Positions 9,251-19,221 of a stretch of 64,000 nucleotides of DNA are shown piece after piece. The position numbers and the translations under genes are program-made. The number at the start of each line of letters is the position of its first letter. Position 1 is the stretch's first letter. The notes under the pieces are model-generated. The model was not told the origin of the DNA. It worked only from the letters and a program-made list of their open reading frames with translations, and made no database searches. The stretch is from an uncultured Collinsella sp. (GTDB taxonomy: Bacteria; Actinomycetota; Coriobacteriia; Coriobacteriales; Coriobacteriaceae): NCBI GenBank assembly GCA_905193815.1, contig CAJJQF010000002.1, forward strand, positions 18,717 through 82,716, written 5' to 3'.

Positions 9251-11899
9251 ATGGTGAAAAAGTCACCGGAAAACACTACTCCCGCAATTGTGGACAACGT
9301 AGAGGCGCTTGAGGCTAAGCTCGCTCAGATGCGAGAGGCCCAGGCGCTTTTTGCTACGTACACGCAGGAGCAGGTCGACAAGATCTTCTATGAGGCCGCC
9401 ATGGCCGCCAACAAGGCTCGTATCCCGTTGGCGAAGATGGCCATCGAGGAGACCGGCCGCGGCGTTCTTGAGGACAAGGTCATCAAGAACCACTACGCCG
9501 CAGAGTACATCTACAACGCTTACAAGAACACCAAGACCTGTGGTGTCCTGGAGCGCGACGAGGCTTACGGCATCACCAAGATCGCCGAGCCCATCGGCAT
9601 CGTGGGCGCCGTCATCCCGACGACCAACCCCACCTCCACCGCGATCTTCAAGACGTTGATCTGCCTGAAGACCCGCAACGCCATCATCATCTCCCCGCAC
9701 CCGGCTGCCGCCAAGTGCACCATCGCCGCCGCCAAGCTCGTGCTTGACGCTGCCGTCAAGGCCGGCGCCCCCGAGGGCATCATCGGATGGGTCGATGTCC
9801 CCTCCATCGAGCTGACCAACATGGTCATGCGCGACGTCGACATCATCCTCGCCACCGGTGGCCCGGGCATGGTCAAGGCCGCTTACTCCTCGGGCAAGCC
9901 CGCCCTGGGCGTTGGCGCCGGTAATACCCCGGTCGTCATCGACGACACCGCCGACGTGCTGCTCGCCGTCAACTCCATCATCCACTCCAAGACCTTCGAC
10001 AACGGCATGATCTGCGCTTCCGAGCAGTCCGTGACCGTCATCGACACCATCTATGACCAGGTCAAGGCCGAGTTCCAGAAGCGCGGCTGCTACTTCGTCA
10101 AGCAGGGTGCCGAGATGGAGGCCCTGCGTGCCGCCATGTTCAAGAACGGCGCTCTCGACCACCGCATCCCCGGCATGGCTGCCGCCAAGATCGCCGAGCT
10201 CGCCGGCATCGAGGTTCCCGCCAAGACCAAGATCCTGATCGCCGAGGTCACCTCCACCGACCCCGCCAAGGAGGAGTTCTCCCACGAGAAGCTCTCCCCG
10301 GTCCTGGCCATGTACCACGCCAAGGACTTCCAGGAGGCCGTCGACAAGGCCGAGCACCTGGTGCTCGCCGGTGGCCCGGGCCACACCGCCTCTCTGTACG
10401 TGCACCCCGCCCAGGCCGAGAAGATCAGCCTGTTCGAGCACGTCATGAAGGCCTGCCGTATCGTCATCAACACCCCGTCCTCGCACGGCGGCATCGGTGA
10501 CCTGTACAACTTTGGCATGAAGCCGTCTCTGACCCTGGGCTGCGGCTCCTGGGGCGGCAACTCCGTCTCCGAGAACGTTGGGGTGAAGCACTTGATCAAC
10601 GTTAAGACTGTGGCCGAGCGCCGTGAGAACATGCTGTGGTTCCGCGCTCCCGAGAAGGTCTACTTCAAGAAGGGTTCCACGCCCGTCGCCCTCGACGAGC
10701 TGGGCAACGTCATGGGCAAGAAGCGCGCCTTCATCGTCACCGACCAGTTCCTCTTCAAGAATGGCAACACCCGCGCCATCGAGGCCAAGCTCGACGAGAT
10801 GGGCATCGCCCACGACTGCTTCTACGACGTCGAGCCCGATCCGTCGCTGCAGTGCGCACGTCGCGGCGCCAAGCAGATGGCTCTCTTTGAGCCGGACGTC
10901 ATCATCGCCGTCGGCGGTGGCTCCGCTATGGACGCCGGCAAGATCATGTGGATGATGTACGAGCACCCCGAGTGCAAGTTTGAGGACATGGCCATGGACT
11001 TCATGGACATCCGCAAACGTATCTTCACCTTCCCCGAGATGGGCAAGAAGGCCTACTTCGTCGCCGTCCCGACCTCTTCGGGTACCGGCTCCGAGTGCAC
11101 GCCGTTCGCCATCATCACCGACAAGGAGACCGGCATCAAGTGGCCGCTCGCCGACTACGCGCTGCTCCCCAACATGGCTATCGTCGACGCCGACAACTGC
11201 ATGACCGCCCCGCGCGGCCTGACCGCTGCCTCCGGCATCGACGTCATGACCCACGCCATCGAGTCCTACGTCTCCATCATGGCTTCCGACTACACCAAGG
11301 GCCTCTCCGAGCGCGCTGCCAAGCTCGTCTTCGAGAACCTGCCCTCCAGCTTCACGAACGGCGCCAAGGACCCGCACGCCCGCGAGGAGATGCACAACGC
11401 CTCCTGCATGGCCGGTATGGCCTTCGCCAACGCCTTCCTGGGCCTCAACCACTCCATGGCCCACAAGCTCGGCGCTTTCCATCACCTGCCCCACGGCCTC
11501 GCAAACGCTGTCATCCTGACCCGCGTCATGCGCTACAACGCCGCCGAGGCTCCCGTCAAGATGGGTACCTTCTCCCAGTATCCTTACCCCAACGCGCTGC
11601 ACAACTACGCCGAGATGGCCAAGTACTGCGGCATCGAGGGCAAGGACGACAAGGAGGTCTTCGAGAACTTCATCACAAAGCTCGAAGAGCTCAAGGACTT
11701 CATCGGCGTCAAGAAGACCATCGCCGACTACGGTGTTGACGAGCAGTACTTCCTCGACACCCTCGACGAAATGACCGAGCAGGCATTCAACGACCAGTGC
11801 ACCGGCGCCAACCCGCGCTACCCGCTCATGAGCGAGATCAAGGAGCTCTACCTGGACGCCTACTACGGCCGCGAGCCCCAGGATTACGCCGTCTGCTAG
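9251..11899 (+). CDS. adhE: bifunctional acetaldehyde-CoA / alcohol dehydrogenase
   Basis: 882 aa; N-terminal aldehyde dehydrogenase domain and C-terminal iron-dependent ADH domain; AAGGAG SD. Confidence 0.92.
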   Translation: MVKKSPENTTPAIVDNVEALEAKLAQMREAQALFATYTQEQVDKIFYEAAMAANKARIPLAKMAIEETGRGVLEDKVIKNHYAAEYIYNAYKNTKTCGVLERDEAYGITKIAEPIGIVGAVIPTTNPTSTAIFKTLICLKTRNAIIISPHPAAAKCTIAAAKLVLDAAVKAGAPEGIIGWVDVPSIELTNMVMRDVDIILATGGPGMVKAAYSSGKPALGVGAGNTPVVIDDTADVLLAVNSIIHSKTFDNGMICASEQSVTVIDTIYDQVKAEFQKRGCYFVKQGAEMEALRAAMFKNGALDHRIPGMAAAKIAELAGIEVPAKTKILIAEVTSTDPAKEEFSHEKLSPVLAMYHAKDFQEAVDKAEHLVLAGGPGHTASLYVHPAQAEKISLFEHVMKACRIVINTPSSHGGIGDLYNFGMKPSLTLGCGSWGGNSVSENVGVKHLINVKTVAERRENMLWFRAPEKVYFKKGSTPVALDELGNVMGKKRAFIVTDQFLFKNGNTRAIEAKLDEMGIAHDCFYDVEPDPSLQCARRGAKQMALFEPDVIIAVGGGSAMDAGKIMWMMYEHPECKFEDMAMDFMDIRKRIFTFPEMGKKAYFVAVPTSSGTGSECTPFAIITDKETGIKWPLADYALLPNMAIVDADNCMTAPRGLTAASGIDVMTHAIESYVSIMASDYTKGLSERAAKLVFENLPSSFTNGAKDPHAREEMHNASCMAGMAFANAFLGLNHSMAHKLGAFHHLPHGLANAVILTRVMRYNAAEAPVKMGTFSQYPYPNALHNYAEMAKYCGIEGKDDKEVFENFITKLEELKDFIGVKKTIADYGVDEQYFLDTLDEMTEQAFNDQCTGANPRYPLMSEIKELYLDAYYGREPQDYAVC

Positions 11900-11918
11900 T
11901 TTTAGCACGGTTTTTAAC

Positions 11919-11953
11919 GGCGGGGGTGCACGGGTGTTTCACACACCCCCGCC
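11919..11953 (+). terminator. GC-rich hairpin downstream of adhE (weak terminator, no U-tract)
   Basis: GGCGGGGGTG...CACCCCCGCC stem; U-tract absent, so low confidence. Confidence 0.3.
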
Positions 11954-11987
11954 GTCGCTTCTATCGCATCGTTGAAAGGATGCAACC

Positions 11988-12752
11988 ATGCTGCTACCCG
12001 ATTCCAAGACCGAGCTCGTCCGCCGTGGCAACAAGGTCGTTTACGACCTGGGCGACAAGATTGTCAAGGTCTTTAACGAGACCAAGCCTGTCTCCGACGT
12101 GTTCAACGAGGCTTTGAATCTTGCCCGCATCAATGAGTGCGGCATCCGCAGCCCCAAGGCGCTCGAGGTTTCCCAGCTCGAGAACGCCAACGGCTGGGCG
12201 CTCGTGACCGAGAAGGTTCCGGGCACCACCCTTGCCGAGAAGATGACTGCCGAGCCCCAGCGCTTTGGTGAGTACCTCGAGATGTTCGTCGACCTCCAAA
12301 TCGAGATCCACGGCTACACCTCCCCGCTGCTCAACCGTCAGCGCGACAAGTACGCCCGCATGATCGACGGCCTTGATCAGCTCAATGCCACCACGCGCTA
12401 CAACCTTCAGGAGCGTCTGGACGGCATGACCAAGGAGTTCAAGGTCTGCCACGGCGACTTCAACCCCTCCAACGTCATCGTCGGCGACGACGGCCAGCTC
12501 TATGTGTGCGACTGGGCACACGCCACCCAGGGCTCCCCTGCTGCCGACGTTGCCACCACCTACCTGCTCTTCGCGCTCAACAGCAAGGATCAGGCCGAGG
12601 CCTACCTGGAGCTCTACTGCGACCGCGCCGACATGCCCATGCAGGTCGTGCGTCAGTGGACGAGCATCGTCGCCGCTTCCGAGCTCGCTCGTAAGCGCAA
12701 CGTGAACGATGAGTTCCTGAAGAACTGGATCGACGTCGTCGATTATCAGTAA
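11988..12752 (+). CDS. APH/choline-kinase-family phosphotransferase, substrate unknown
   Basis: Brenner motif HGDFNPSNVIV and downstream D-W (VCDWAHA), typical of PF01636 kinases; 254 aa. Confidence 0.7.
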   Translation: MLLPDSKTELVRRGNKVVYDLGDKIVKVFNETKPVSDVFNEALNLARINECGIRSPKALEVSQLENANGWALVTEKVPGTTLAEKMTAEPQRFGEYLEMFVDLQIEIHGYTSPLLNRQRDKYARMIDGLDQLNATTRYNLQERLDGMTKEFKVCHGDFNPSNVIVGDDGQLYVCDWAHATQGSPAADVATTYLLFALNSKDQAEAYLELYCDRADMPMQVVRQWTSIVAASELARKRNVNDEFLKNWIDVVDYQ

Positions 12753-12786
12753 TATCTGTGCGATTTATTTCGCATCGGAGGCACAA

Positions 12787-12826
12787 GAAAACCCCGCAGC
12801 TCATATGGGCTGTGGGGTTTTCCTTT
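12787..12826 (+). terminator. intrinsic terminator after the APH-family gene (bidirectional shape)
   Basis: AAAACCCCGCAGC-loop-GCTGTGGGGTTTT. Confidence 0.6.
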
Positions 12827-12849
12827 TAGATATTGAGAATGCTACAAGA

Positions 12850-12896
12850 TAAAAGGACGGCCCGCATCTCCCCGATCTGGAGAAATGCGGGCCGTC
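12850..12896 (-). terminator. intrinsic terminator of proS
   Basis: long stem GGACGGCCCGCAT.../...ATGCGGGCCGTCC followed on minus strand by CTTTT. Confidence 0.55.
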
Positions 12897-12927
12897 CCGT
12901 ATATCGAACTACAAGCGAAATCGTCGA

Positions 12928-14631
12928 TTAACGGCGTGCTGCCTTCACAAGCTCGGCGACCTTGGCGACGACCTCGTCGATCGCCACATCCTCGCGCTCA
13001 CCCGTGGCACGGTCCTTGAGCTCAACGGTGCCATTCTTAAGGCCACGCTTACCCAGAACGACCTGATACGGGAAGCCCATAAGGTCGTTGTCGGCAAACT
13101 TAAAGCCGGGACGCTCGTCGCGGTCGTCGACGACAACCTCGATACCCTCGGCGCACAGGCCATCAACGATCTGCTCGCAGACGGTAGCGCACTCCTCCTT
13201 CTTGGGATCGAGCGGAATCACCGCGACCTCGTACGGGGCAACGGAGACCGGCCAGACGATACCGTGCTCGTCGTTGTGCTGCTCCACGACGGCAGCGAGC
13301 GAGCGGGACACACCAACGCCGTAGCAGCCCATGATGAGCGGCTTCTCCTTGCCGTCCTCGTCCATAAAGGTGGCACCCATGGCCTCGGAATACTTGGTGC
13401 CCAGCTGGAAGACCTGAGAGACCTCGATGCCGCGGGCAGCGGAGAGCGGCTTGCCGCAGTGCGGGCAGGGGTCGCCGGCAACAACGGTGACCAGATCGGC
13501 CCACTCATCGACGGTAAAGTCGCGCTCGGGGCAGGCACCGGTAAAGTGATAATCGACCTCGTTGGCACCGCAGGCCCACTGCTTGGAATCGCGCAGGCTC
13601 TCGTCGCACACCAGACGAATGCCATCGGGCAGGTTAACCGGTCCGATAAAGCCCTTGTGCAGACCGTTCGCCTGAAGCTCCTCGTCGATCATCATGCGAT
13701 AGCCCTTGCCAAAGACGTGCTCGGCCTTGCAATCGTTGAGCTCGTGATCGCCCGGAACAATGGCCACGACCGGCTTGCCCTCGGCGTCGATGAGTGCCAG
13801 CGACTTGCGCGTGCCGTTCTCGGGGAACCCAAAGAACTTAGCAACTGCCTCAATGGTGCCCATGCCCGGAGTCTCAACCTTGGTGAGCGTACCGTCACCA
13901 GGACCCTCGGTCACGACGACCTTGGTGCTTGCCGCCTCGTCATCGGCAGCAAAGCCGCAATCGTCACAGTAGACGAGCGAAGCCTCGCCGGCGTCGGCCA
14001 AAGCCATGTACTCGACGGAGGTATCGCCACCGATCTCACCGGAGTCGGCAACAACGGGCAGGGCCTTGATATAGCAGCGCTCGCAGATGTTAGCGTAGGC
14101 CTGCTTCATCTTGTCATACTCCTCCTGCAGGCTCTCCTGCGTGGCGGAGAAGCTGTAGGCGTCCTTCATGATGAACTCGCGACCGCGCATCAGGCCAAAG
14201 CGGGGACGGAACTCGTCGCGGAACTTGTCCTGAATGTGGTACAGGTTGACGGGCAGCTGTTTGTAGGAGCGCAGCTCATTGCGCACCAGGGCCGTGACGG
14301 TCTCCTCGTGGGTGGGACCCAGGACGAACTCGCGACCGTGACGGTCGTCAAAGCGCACAAGCTCCTTGCCATAGGCGTCGATGCGGCCGGACTCACGCCA
14401 CAACTCGGCGTCGACCATGATAGGCATCATAAGCTCCTGGGCACCGGCAGCGTCCATCTCGTCGCGCACGATATTCTCAATCTTGCGGATCGAGCGCCAT
14501 GCGAGCGGCAGATAGGAATACAGGCCGGCGGCCTCTTTGCGGATCATGCCGGCACGGAGCAGCAGGCGGTGGCTGGCGAGCTCAGCGTCCGCTGGATCCT
14601 CTTTAAGCGTCGGCGCATAGAGCTTAGACAT
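12928..14631 (-). CDS. proS: proline--tRNA ligase (bacterial type with editing domain)
   Basis: class II aaRS motifs, INS editing domain, anticodon-binding domain; start MSKLYAPTLKE homologous to E. coli ProS N-terminus (ORF-track start 14649 is also possible). Confidence 0.9.
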   Translation of the reverse strand: MSKLYAPTLKEDPADAELASHRLLLRAGMIRKEAAGLYSYLPLAWRSIRKIENIVRDEMDAAGAQELMMPIMVDAELWRESGRIDAYGKELVRFDDRHGREFVLGPTHEETVTALVRNELRSYKQLPVNLYHIQDKFRDEFRPRFGLMRGREFIMKDAYSFSATQESLQEEYDKMKQAYANICERCYIKALPVVADSGEIGGDTSVEYMALADAGEASLVYCDDCGFAADDEAASTKVVVTEGPGDGTLTKVETPGMGTIEAVAKFFGFPENGTRKSLALIDAEGKPVVAIVPGDHELNDCKAEHVFGKGYRMMIDEELQANGLHKGFIGPVNLPDGIRLVCDESLRDSKQWACGANEVDYHFTGACPERDFTVDEWADLVTVVAGDPCPHCGKPLSAARGIEVSQVFQLGTKYSEAMGATFMDEDGKEKPLIMGCYGVGVSRSLAAVVEQHNDEHGIVWPVSVAPYEVAVIPLDPKKEECATVCEQIVDGLCAEGIEVVVDDRDERPGFKFADNDLMGFPYQVVLGKRGLKNGTVELKDRATGEREDVAIDEVVAKVAELVKAARR

Positions 14632-14649
14632 ATACATTGCTCGGGTCAT

Positions 14650-15732
14650 TTATTTCTCCTCAATAAGCTTGTCGACCTCTGCCATAAGCGCGTCGACAAT
14701 TTGGTCCTCAGCTACTTTACCAATGATCTGGCCATGCGAAAAGAGCAAGGCCTGACCACGTCCGCACGCAACGCCCAGATCGGCATCAGAAGCCTCGCCG
14801 GGGCCATTAACGGCACATCCCATCACAGCGATCGAAAGCGGCGCGGAGTAGTTCTTAAGCCGCTCGGTAACCTCCTCGGCAATGGGAATAAGGTTAACCT
14901 GGCAGCGGGCGCACGTGGGGCACGAGACAATCTCGGGGCCACGGCGACGCAGGCCCAACGACTGCAGAATACCCCAGGCAACCGGCGGCTCCTCAACCGG
15001 ATCGGCTGTGAGCGACACACGCATGGTGTCGCCAATGCCTTCGGAAAGCAAGATACCCAAGCCTACAGAGCTCTTGATGGTGCCCTGGAGCTTGGTCCCC
15101 GCCTCCGTCACGCCCAGGTGAAGCGGAACGTGGGGAATCTCACGCGACAGGGCTCGATAGGTATCAAGCGTCGTTTGCACGCTATGGGCCTTGGCCGAAA
15201 GCACAATGTTCGTAAAACCGCGGTCCTCAAAGTGCTTGACGAAGCGCTCGCTCGACATCACGAGCTTCTCGGGCTGCGTAAGCTCATCGCGCTCAGCGAT
15301 ATCCTGCTCGAGTGAGCCGGCGTTGACACCGATGCGAATCGCACAGCCCGCAGCGCCGGCGGCGTCGATGACGGCATCGACCTTAGCCCAATCGCCGATA
15401 TTGCCGGGATTGATGCGAAGCTTGGCGGCACCAGCCTCGACGGCGCCGATGGCGAGCTTATGGTTAAAGTGAATATCGGCGACGATCGGCACCGGAGACT
15501 CGGCACAGATGGTGCGGAAACCCTCAAGCGCGGCCTCGGTGGGCACGCTCACGCGCACGATATCGCAGCCAGCCTGCGCCAACGCGCACACTTGCGCAAG
15601 CGTTGCCTGGGCGTCAGCGGTATCGGTGCAGGTCATGGATTGGACCACCACCGGCGCGCCGCCACCGATCTGCACACCGCCCACATGCACGGGGCGCGTC
15701 AACTCGCGAGGCAAAGGATGGGATAAAGACAA
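14650..15732 (-). CDS. ispG: 4-hydroxy-3-methylbut-2-enyl diphosphate synthase
   Basis: GcpE fold, C-terminal Cys CPTCARC...GCAVNG; likely TTG start with GGGAG SD right after the rseP stop (ORF-track 5' extension overlaps rseP). Confidence 0.88.
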   Translation of the reverse strand: MSLSHPLPRELTRPVHVGGVQIGGGAPVVVQSMTCTDTADAQATLAQVCALAQAGCDIVRVSVPTEAALEGFRTICAESPVPIVADIHFNHKLAIGAVEAGAAKLRINPGNIGDWAKVDAVIDAAGAAGCAIRIGVNAGSLEQDIAERDELTQPEKLVMSSERFVKHFEDRGFTNIVLSAKAHSVQTTLDTYRALSREIPHVPLHLGVTEAGTKLQGTIKSSVGLGILLSEGIGDTMRVSLTADPVEEPPVAWGILQSLGLRRRGPEIVSCPTCARCQVNLIPIAEEVTERLKNYSAPLSIAVMGCAVNGPGEASDADLGVACGRGQALLFSHGQIIGKVAEDQIVDALMAEVDKLIEEK

Positions 15733-15745
15733 TCCAAACACTCCC

Positions 15746-17122
15746 CTACAGGATAAATCGAAGGACGTCGGAACGAAGCATATAGACAAACAGCAGCGCA
15801 AAGAGCGCGATGCCCACATAGCTCACAATCGTCTGGACCTTGAGCGGAAGCTCGCGGCCAGCAATCTTTTGAATGATCTCGATGACCAGCTTGCCGCCAT
15901 CGAGTGGTGGGATGGGCAGCAGGTTCATAAAGCCAAGCGAGAACGAAATGAGGGCAGCAAACGAAAGGAACGTGGCAGGGCCGGCAGCAGCAGCCTGTGA
16001 GGACATAACGCTAATGCCCACGATCGAAGAAGACTGATCGAGAATCTCCATCGTATGCTGCGGCTGGAGCAGGCGCATCACACCCTCCGCTGTCTGCACG
16101 ACATAGGAGAACGAAAGGCGAGCCGACGTGATGGGGTCTAAACGGACCACCTGCGTAGAGGCATACACACCTAGGCGCTCGTCCTCTTTGAGCGCAACCG
16201 CGGTCGAATGCTGCTTGCCGTCACGCTCGTACTCGATGGCGATATCGTCCTTTCCGGCAGCCTTGCCGATGGCATCGTAAACGTCCATCCAGGTAGAGCA
16301 CGATACTCCGTCAACCGAAAGGATCGCGTCGCCGCCCTCGATACCCGCCTTGGCGGCAATAGACCCCTCGTCAACCTGACCGATCACGTTGGTATCCATC
16401 GGCACGGTGACACCCGCAATAGAGTAGATGCTCATAAGCAGCAAAAAGCCCGTCAGGATATTGACGAGAATGCCCGCGAGCAGCATAAAGGCGCGCTTGA
16501 GAAAACCCTGGCCCAGATAGGTATGCGAACGCTCTTGCGCAAGGAACTCGGCTTCGCCGCACGGCAGCTCCCACACATCGCCCTCGGTAGTCGCATGCTC
16601 TCGATCGAAACGGCGGCCGTCAAAGGTGGTGTAACCCGCCGCGTCTCGCGGCAGCGTCTGATACTTGGTGGGATAGTAGCTCAGCGAAGGCTTCTCACCT
16701 TCCTCATACCAAGGCGCGATAGAGCCCCAACCCAAGAGCAAGGCGCATGCCTCGAGCACATCCTCCTCGGATAGCTCGAGCTCGGCGGCAAGGTCGGCCA
16801 CGGTCACGCGACCATGACGATAGATAGCCGCGAGCACGCGATCGGCGCACGAGACGTCGGTCGGATCCATACCGCAGATGGCAGCGTAGCCACCCAGCAG
16901 CAGCGGGGTCACGCCAAACTTGGTTCCAATGCGACGTGACGTGTAATGGATGTCAAAGCGGCACGGCAAGCCCAAAAAGAACTCGGTCACACGGACGCCG
17001 CAGGCACGCGCCGCCAAAAAGTGGCCGCCCTCGTGCAAAAACACGAGGACGGAAAGCATCAGCAGGCCCCAAAAGACCGATGAGAGAACGCTCAGAACAG
17101 TATCCATAAAACGAAAAAGCAA
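15746..17122 (-). CDS. rseP: RIP site-2 metalloprotease (RseP/Rip1 family, M50)
   Basis: HEGGHFLAAR HExxH in first TM, PDZ domain, multi-TM; dxr-rip-ispG actinobacterial synteny. Confidence 0.85.
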   Translation of the reverse strand: MLFRFMDTVLSVLSSVFWGLLMLSVLVFLHEGGHFLAARACGVRVTEFFLGLPCRFDIHYTSRRIGTKFGVTPLLLGGYAAICGMDPTDVSCADRVLAAIYRHGRVTVADLAAELELSEEDVLEACALLLGWGSIAPWYEEGEKPSLSYYPTKYQTLPRDAAGYTTFDGRRFDREHATTEGDVWELPCGEAEFLAQERSHTYLGQGFLKRAFMLLAGILVNILTGFLLLMSIYSIAGVTVPMDTNVIGQVDEGSIAAKAGIEGGDAILSVDGVSCSTWMDVYDAIGKAAGKDDIAIEYERDGKQHSTAVALKEDERLGVYASTQVVRLDPITSARLSFSYVVQTAEGVMRLLQPQHTMEILDQSSSIVGISVMSSQAAAAGPATFLSFAALISFSLGFMNLLPIPPLDGGKLVIEIIQKIAGRELPLKVQTIVSYVGIALFALLFVYMLRSDVLRFIL

Positions 17123-17132
17123 TCCTTATGGG

Positions 17133-18320
17133 TTAGGAACGGGTTGCGGCGAGCACCTGCGCAGCCTTTTCACGCGCCCATGCATCGATGTCGCGAAGCT
17201 GCTCAAACGAATCGACCGCCTGCATATCGTGGGAATCCATGCAGGATTCCACAATGCGATCGATATCGGTAAAGCTGCAGCCATCGTGCAGGAAGGCATC
17301 GACGGCGACCTCGTTGGCGGCATTGAGCACGCACGGCATGGTGCCACCCGTCTTGCCGGCACGTTCGGCCAGTGCCAGACAGCGGAAGGTATCCATGTCG
17401 GCAGCATCAAACGTGAGCTGCCCCAGCTCGCGGAAATCGATACGAGGCGCCGGGGTATCCCAACGCTCGGGATACGAGAACGCGAACTGGATGGGAATAC
17501 GCATGTCGGAAGCACCGAGATGCGCCATCACGGAGCCGTCGGCGAACTCGACCATAGAGTGAATCTTGGACTGACGCTGCACGACCACGTTAATGAAATC
17601 GAGGTCGCAGTTAAACAGATGCATGGCCTCAATGCGCTCCAGGCCCTTGTTCATGAGGGTGGCGGAGTCGATGGTGATCTTGGCACCCATGGCCCACGTG
17701 GGATGTGCGAGGGCATCGGCACGCGTCACGCGGTCGAGCTCGTCGCGGGTGCGGCCAAAGAACGGACCGCCCGAGCAGGTGAGCCAAATACAATGAGCCT
17801 CGCGTGGGTTCTCCCCCAGATAGCACTGGTAGATGGCGGAGTGCTCAGAGTCGACTGGAATAAGCTGGCCCGGTTGCGCCAACGGCATAAGCAAGTCGCC
17901 GCCGACGACGAGGGACTCCTTGTTGGCAAGGGCAAGGCGCTTATTCGAGGTCAAGGCCGCATGGCTCGCCTCGAGACCGGCGGCGCCCACAATAGCGACG
18001 AGCACGCAGTCGACATCGTCGCGACGCGCGAGCTCGCAAACCGCCTGCGCGCCAACGCCGAGCTTCGTTCCCTCGGGCAACTCCTGCAGCACGGCGTCAT
18101 CGCCATGAGCGACATCGGCCACGGCAACCGCCGGAACCGAGAACTCGCGGGCAGCGGCAACGAGCTCGGAGGTACTGGAGTTAACGGACAGCGCCGTCAC
18201 CTGCAGGCGATCGGCATGCTGGCGGCACACATCGAGCGCCTGGGTGCCGATGGAGCCCGTACAACCCAGGATGGCAACGCGAAGGCGTCCATCGGGGCCA
18301 TACGTCGTTTGGAAGGACAT
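17133..18320 (-). CDS. dxr: 1-deoxy-D-xylulose 5-phosphate reductoisomerase
   Basis: N-terminal NADPH motif ILGCTGSIGTQALDV; 395 aa. Confidence 0.9.
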   Translation of the reverse strand: MSFQTTYGPDGRLRVAILGCTGSIGTQALDVCRQHADRLQVTALSVNSSTSELVAAAREFSVPAVAVADVAHGDDAVLQELPEGTKLGVGAQAVCELARRDDVDCVLVAIVGAAGLEASHAALTSNKRLALANKESLVVGGDLLMPLAQPGQLIPVDSEHSAIYQCYLGENPREAHCIWLTCSGGPFFGRTRDELDRVTRADALAHPTWAMGAKITIDSATLMNKGLERIEAMHLFNCDLDFINVVVQRQSKIHSMVEFADGSVMAHLGASDMRIPIQFAFSYPERWDTPAPRIDFRELGQLTFDAADMDTFRCLALAERAGKTGGTMPCVLNAANEVAVDAFLHDGCSFTDIDRIVESCMDSHDMQAVDSFEQLRDIDAWAREKAAQVLAATRS

Positions 18321-19219
18321 TACAGCACGCCTCCGATCATCAAAAGCAGCTGAGCGGTAATGCAGCCAAAGATAAGCGAGTCGCTACGGTCGAGCATGCC
18401 GCCATGGCCCGGGATAAGGTTGCCGGAATCCTTGACGCCCACGCCACGCTTGATACGCGACTCGATGAGGTCGCCGATAACGCCCAGGACGGACACGACC
18501 ACGCCGCACAGCAGCGCATAGGGCAGGCTGAGCTTGTAAAAGTGCGTCGCCCACAGGATGAGCCAAATCAAAACCGAGCCCAGGATGCCGCCGACAAACC
18601 CCTCCCAGCTCTTTTTGGGAGAGATCTTGGGAACCATCTTGTGCTTACCGATACGGCTGCCCACGATGTAGGCAAACGAATCGGAGACCCAAAGGGACGC
18701 GCAAACGCCCACCGAAAGCAGGGCGCCGGCAAATCCGGGCACGGCATCGCGCAGCAGCACGATAGCCGACAGCATAAAGCCAGTGTAGATGGGACCCATG
18801 AGCGTCACGGCCACATCAGAGATGCGGGTACGCGGCGACCAAACATACCAAATGCCCACAGCGAGCATCAGGGCAAAAAGCAGGGCATTCAGCAACATCG
18901 AATCGCCCAACGCCGACAGCGGAAAGAGTACGGCGGCAGCGATACCCATGCGCTCGTTAGCCATCTTGCCATCGAGCCTCGTCATACGGAAAAACTCATA
19001 GCAGCACAGGCCGCTCATGACAGAAACAAAGATGGCCGTGGGCACAATACCCAAAACCAGGCACAGGATAAAGACAACGGCATAGACGATACCGGCGGCG
19101 GCACGGGTGATAAAGCCGGCAAGCCACGAACCGGTGCCATTCTTCGCTGCGGGCGCTCCCGCAGCGACAGCCTTGCGCTCAGATGTCTTGGGAGCAATTG
19201 CCTTGGGACGATCGGACAC
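18320..19219 (-). CDS. cdsA: phosphatidate cytidylyltransferase
   Basis: multi-TM CTP-transferase signature region; uppS-cdsA adjacency. Confidence 0.85.
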   Translation of the reverse strand: MSDRPKAIAPKTSERKAVAAGAPAAKNGTGSWLAGFITRAAAGIVYAVVFILCLVLGIVPTAIFVSVMSGLCCYEFFRMTRLDGKMANERMGIAAAVLFPLSALGDSMLLNALLFALMLAVGIWYVWSPRTRISDVAVTLMGPIYTGFMLSAIVLLRDAVPGFAGALLSVGVCASLWVSDSFAYIVGSRIGKHKMVPKISPKKSWEGFVGGILGSVLIWLILWATHFYKLSLPYALLCGVVVSVLGVIGDLIESRIKRGVGVKDSGNLIPGHGGMLDRSDSLIFGCITAQLLLMIGGVL

Positions 19220-19221
19220 GA

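Noticed and set aside
9067-9297. 76-aa ORF on the minus strand spanning the adhE upstream region (contains LKRFNKLKRFN)
   Set aside because: It spans the palindrome (hence the repeated peptide), the adhE promoter and 46 nt of the adhE start, with no SD. Its protein-like composition only reflects the locally lower GC.
9263-11908. 881-aa ORF antisense to adhE; similar giant antisense ORFs at 730-1986, 5462-6859, 13264-15315, 16950-18353, 21629-23131, 31057-32886, 33860-37054, 46076-47890, 48144-49898 and 61260-63278
   Set aside because: Translations are Gly/Arg/Ala/Leu/Val/Asp-rich low-complexity junk with no motifs. They are the expected stop-codon-poor antisense frame of high-GC3 genes, and each overlaps a confidently identified housekeeping gene.
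12753-12927. Possible small RNA between the APH kinase and proS
   Set aside because: The region is fully explained by two convergent intrinsic terminators, one for each flanking gene.
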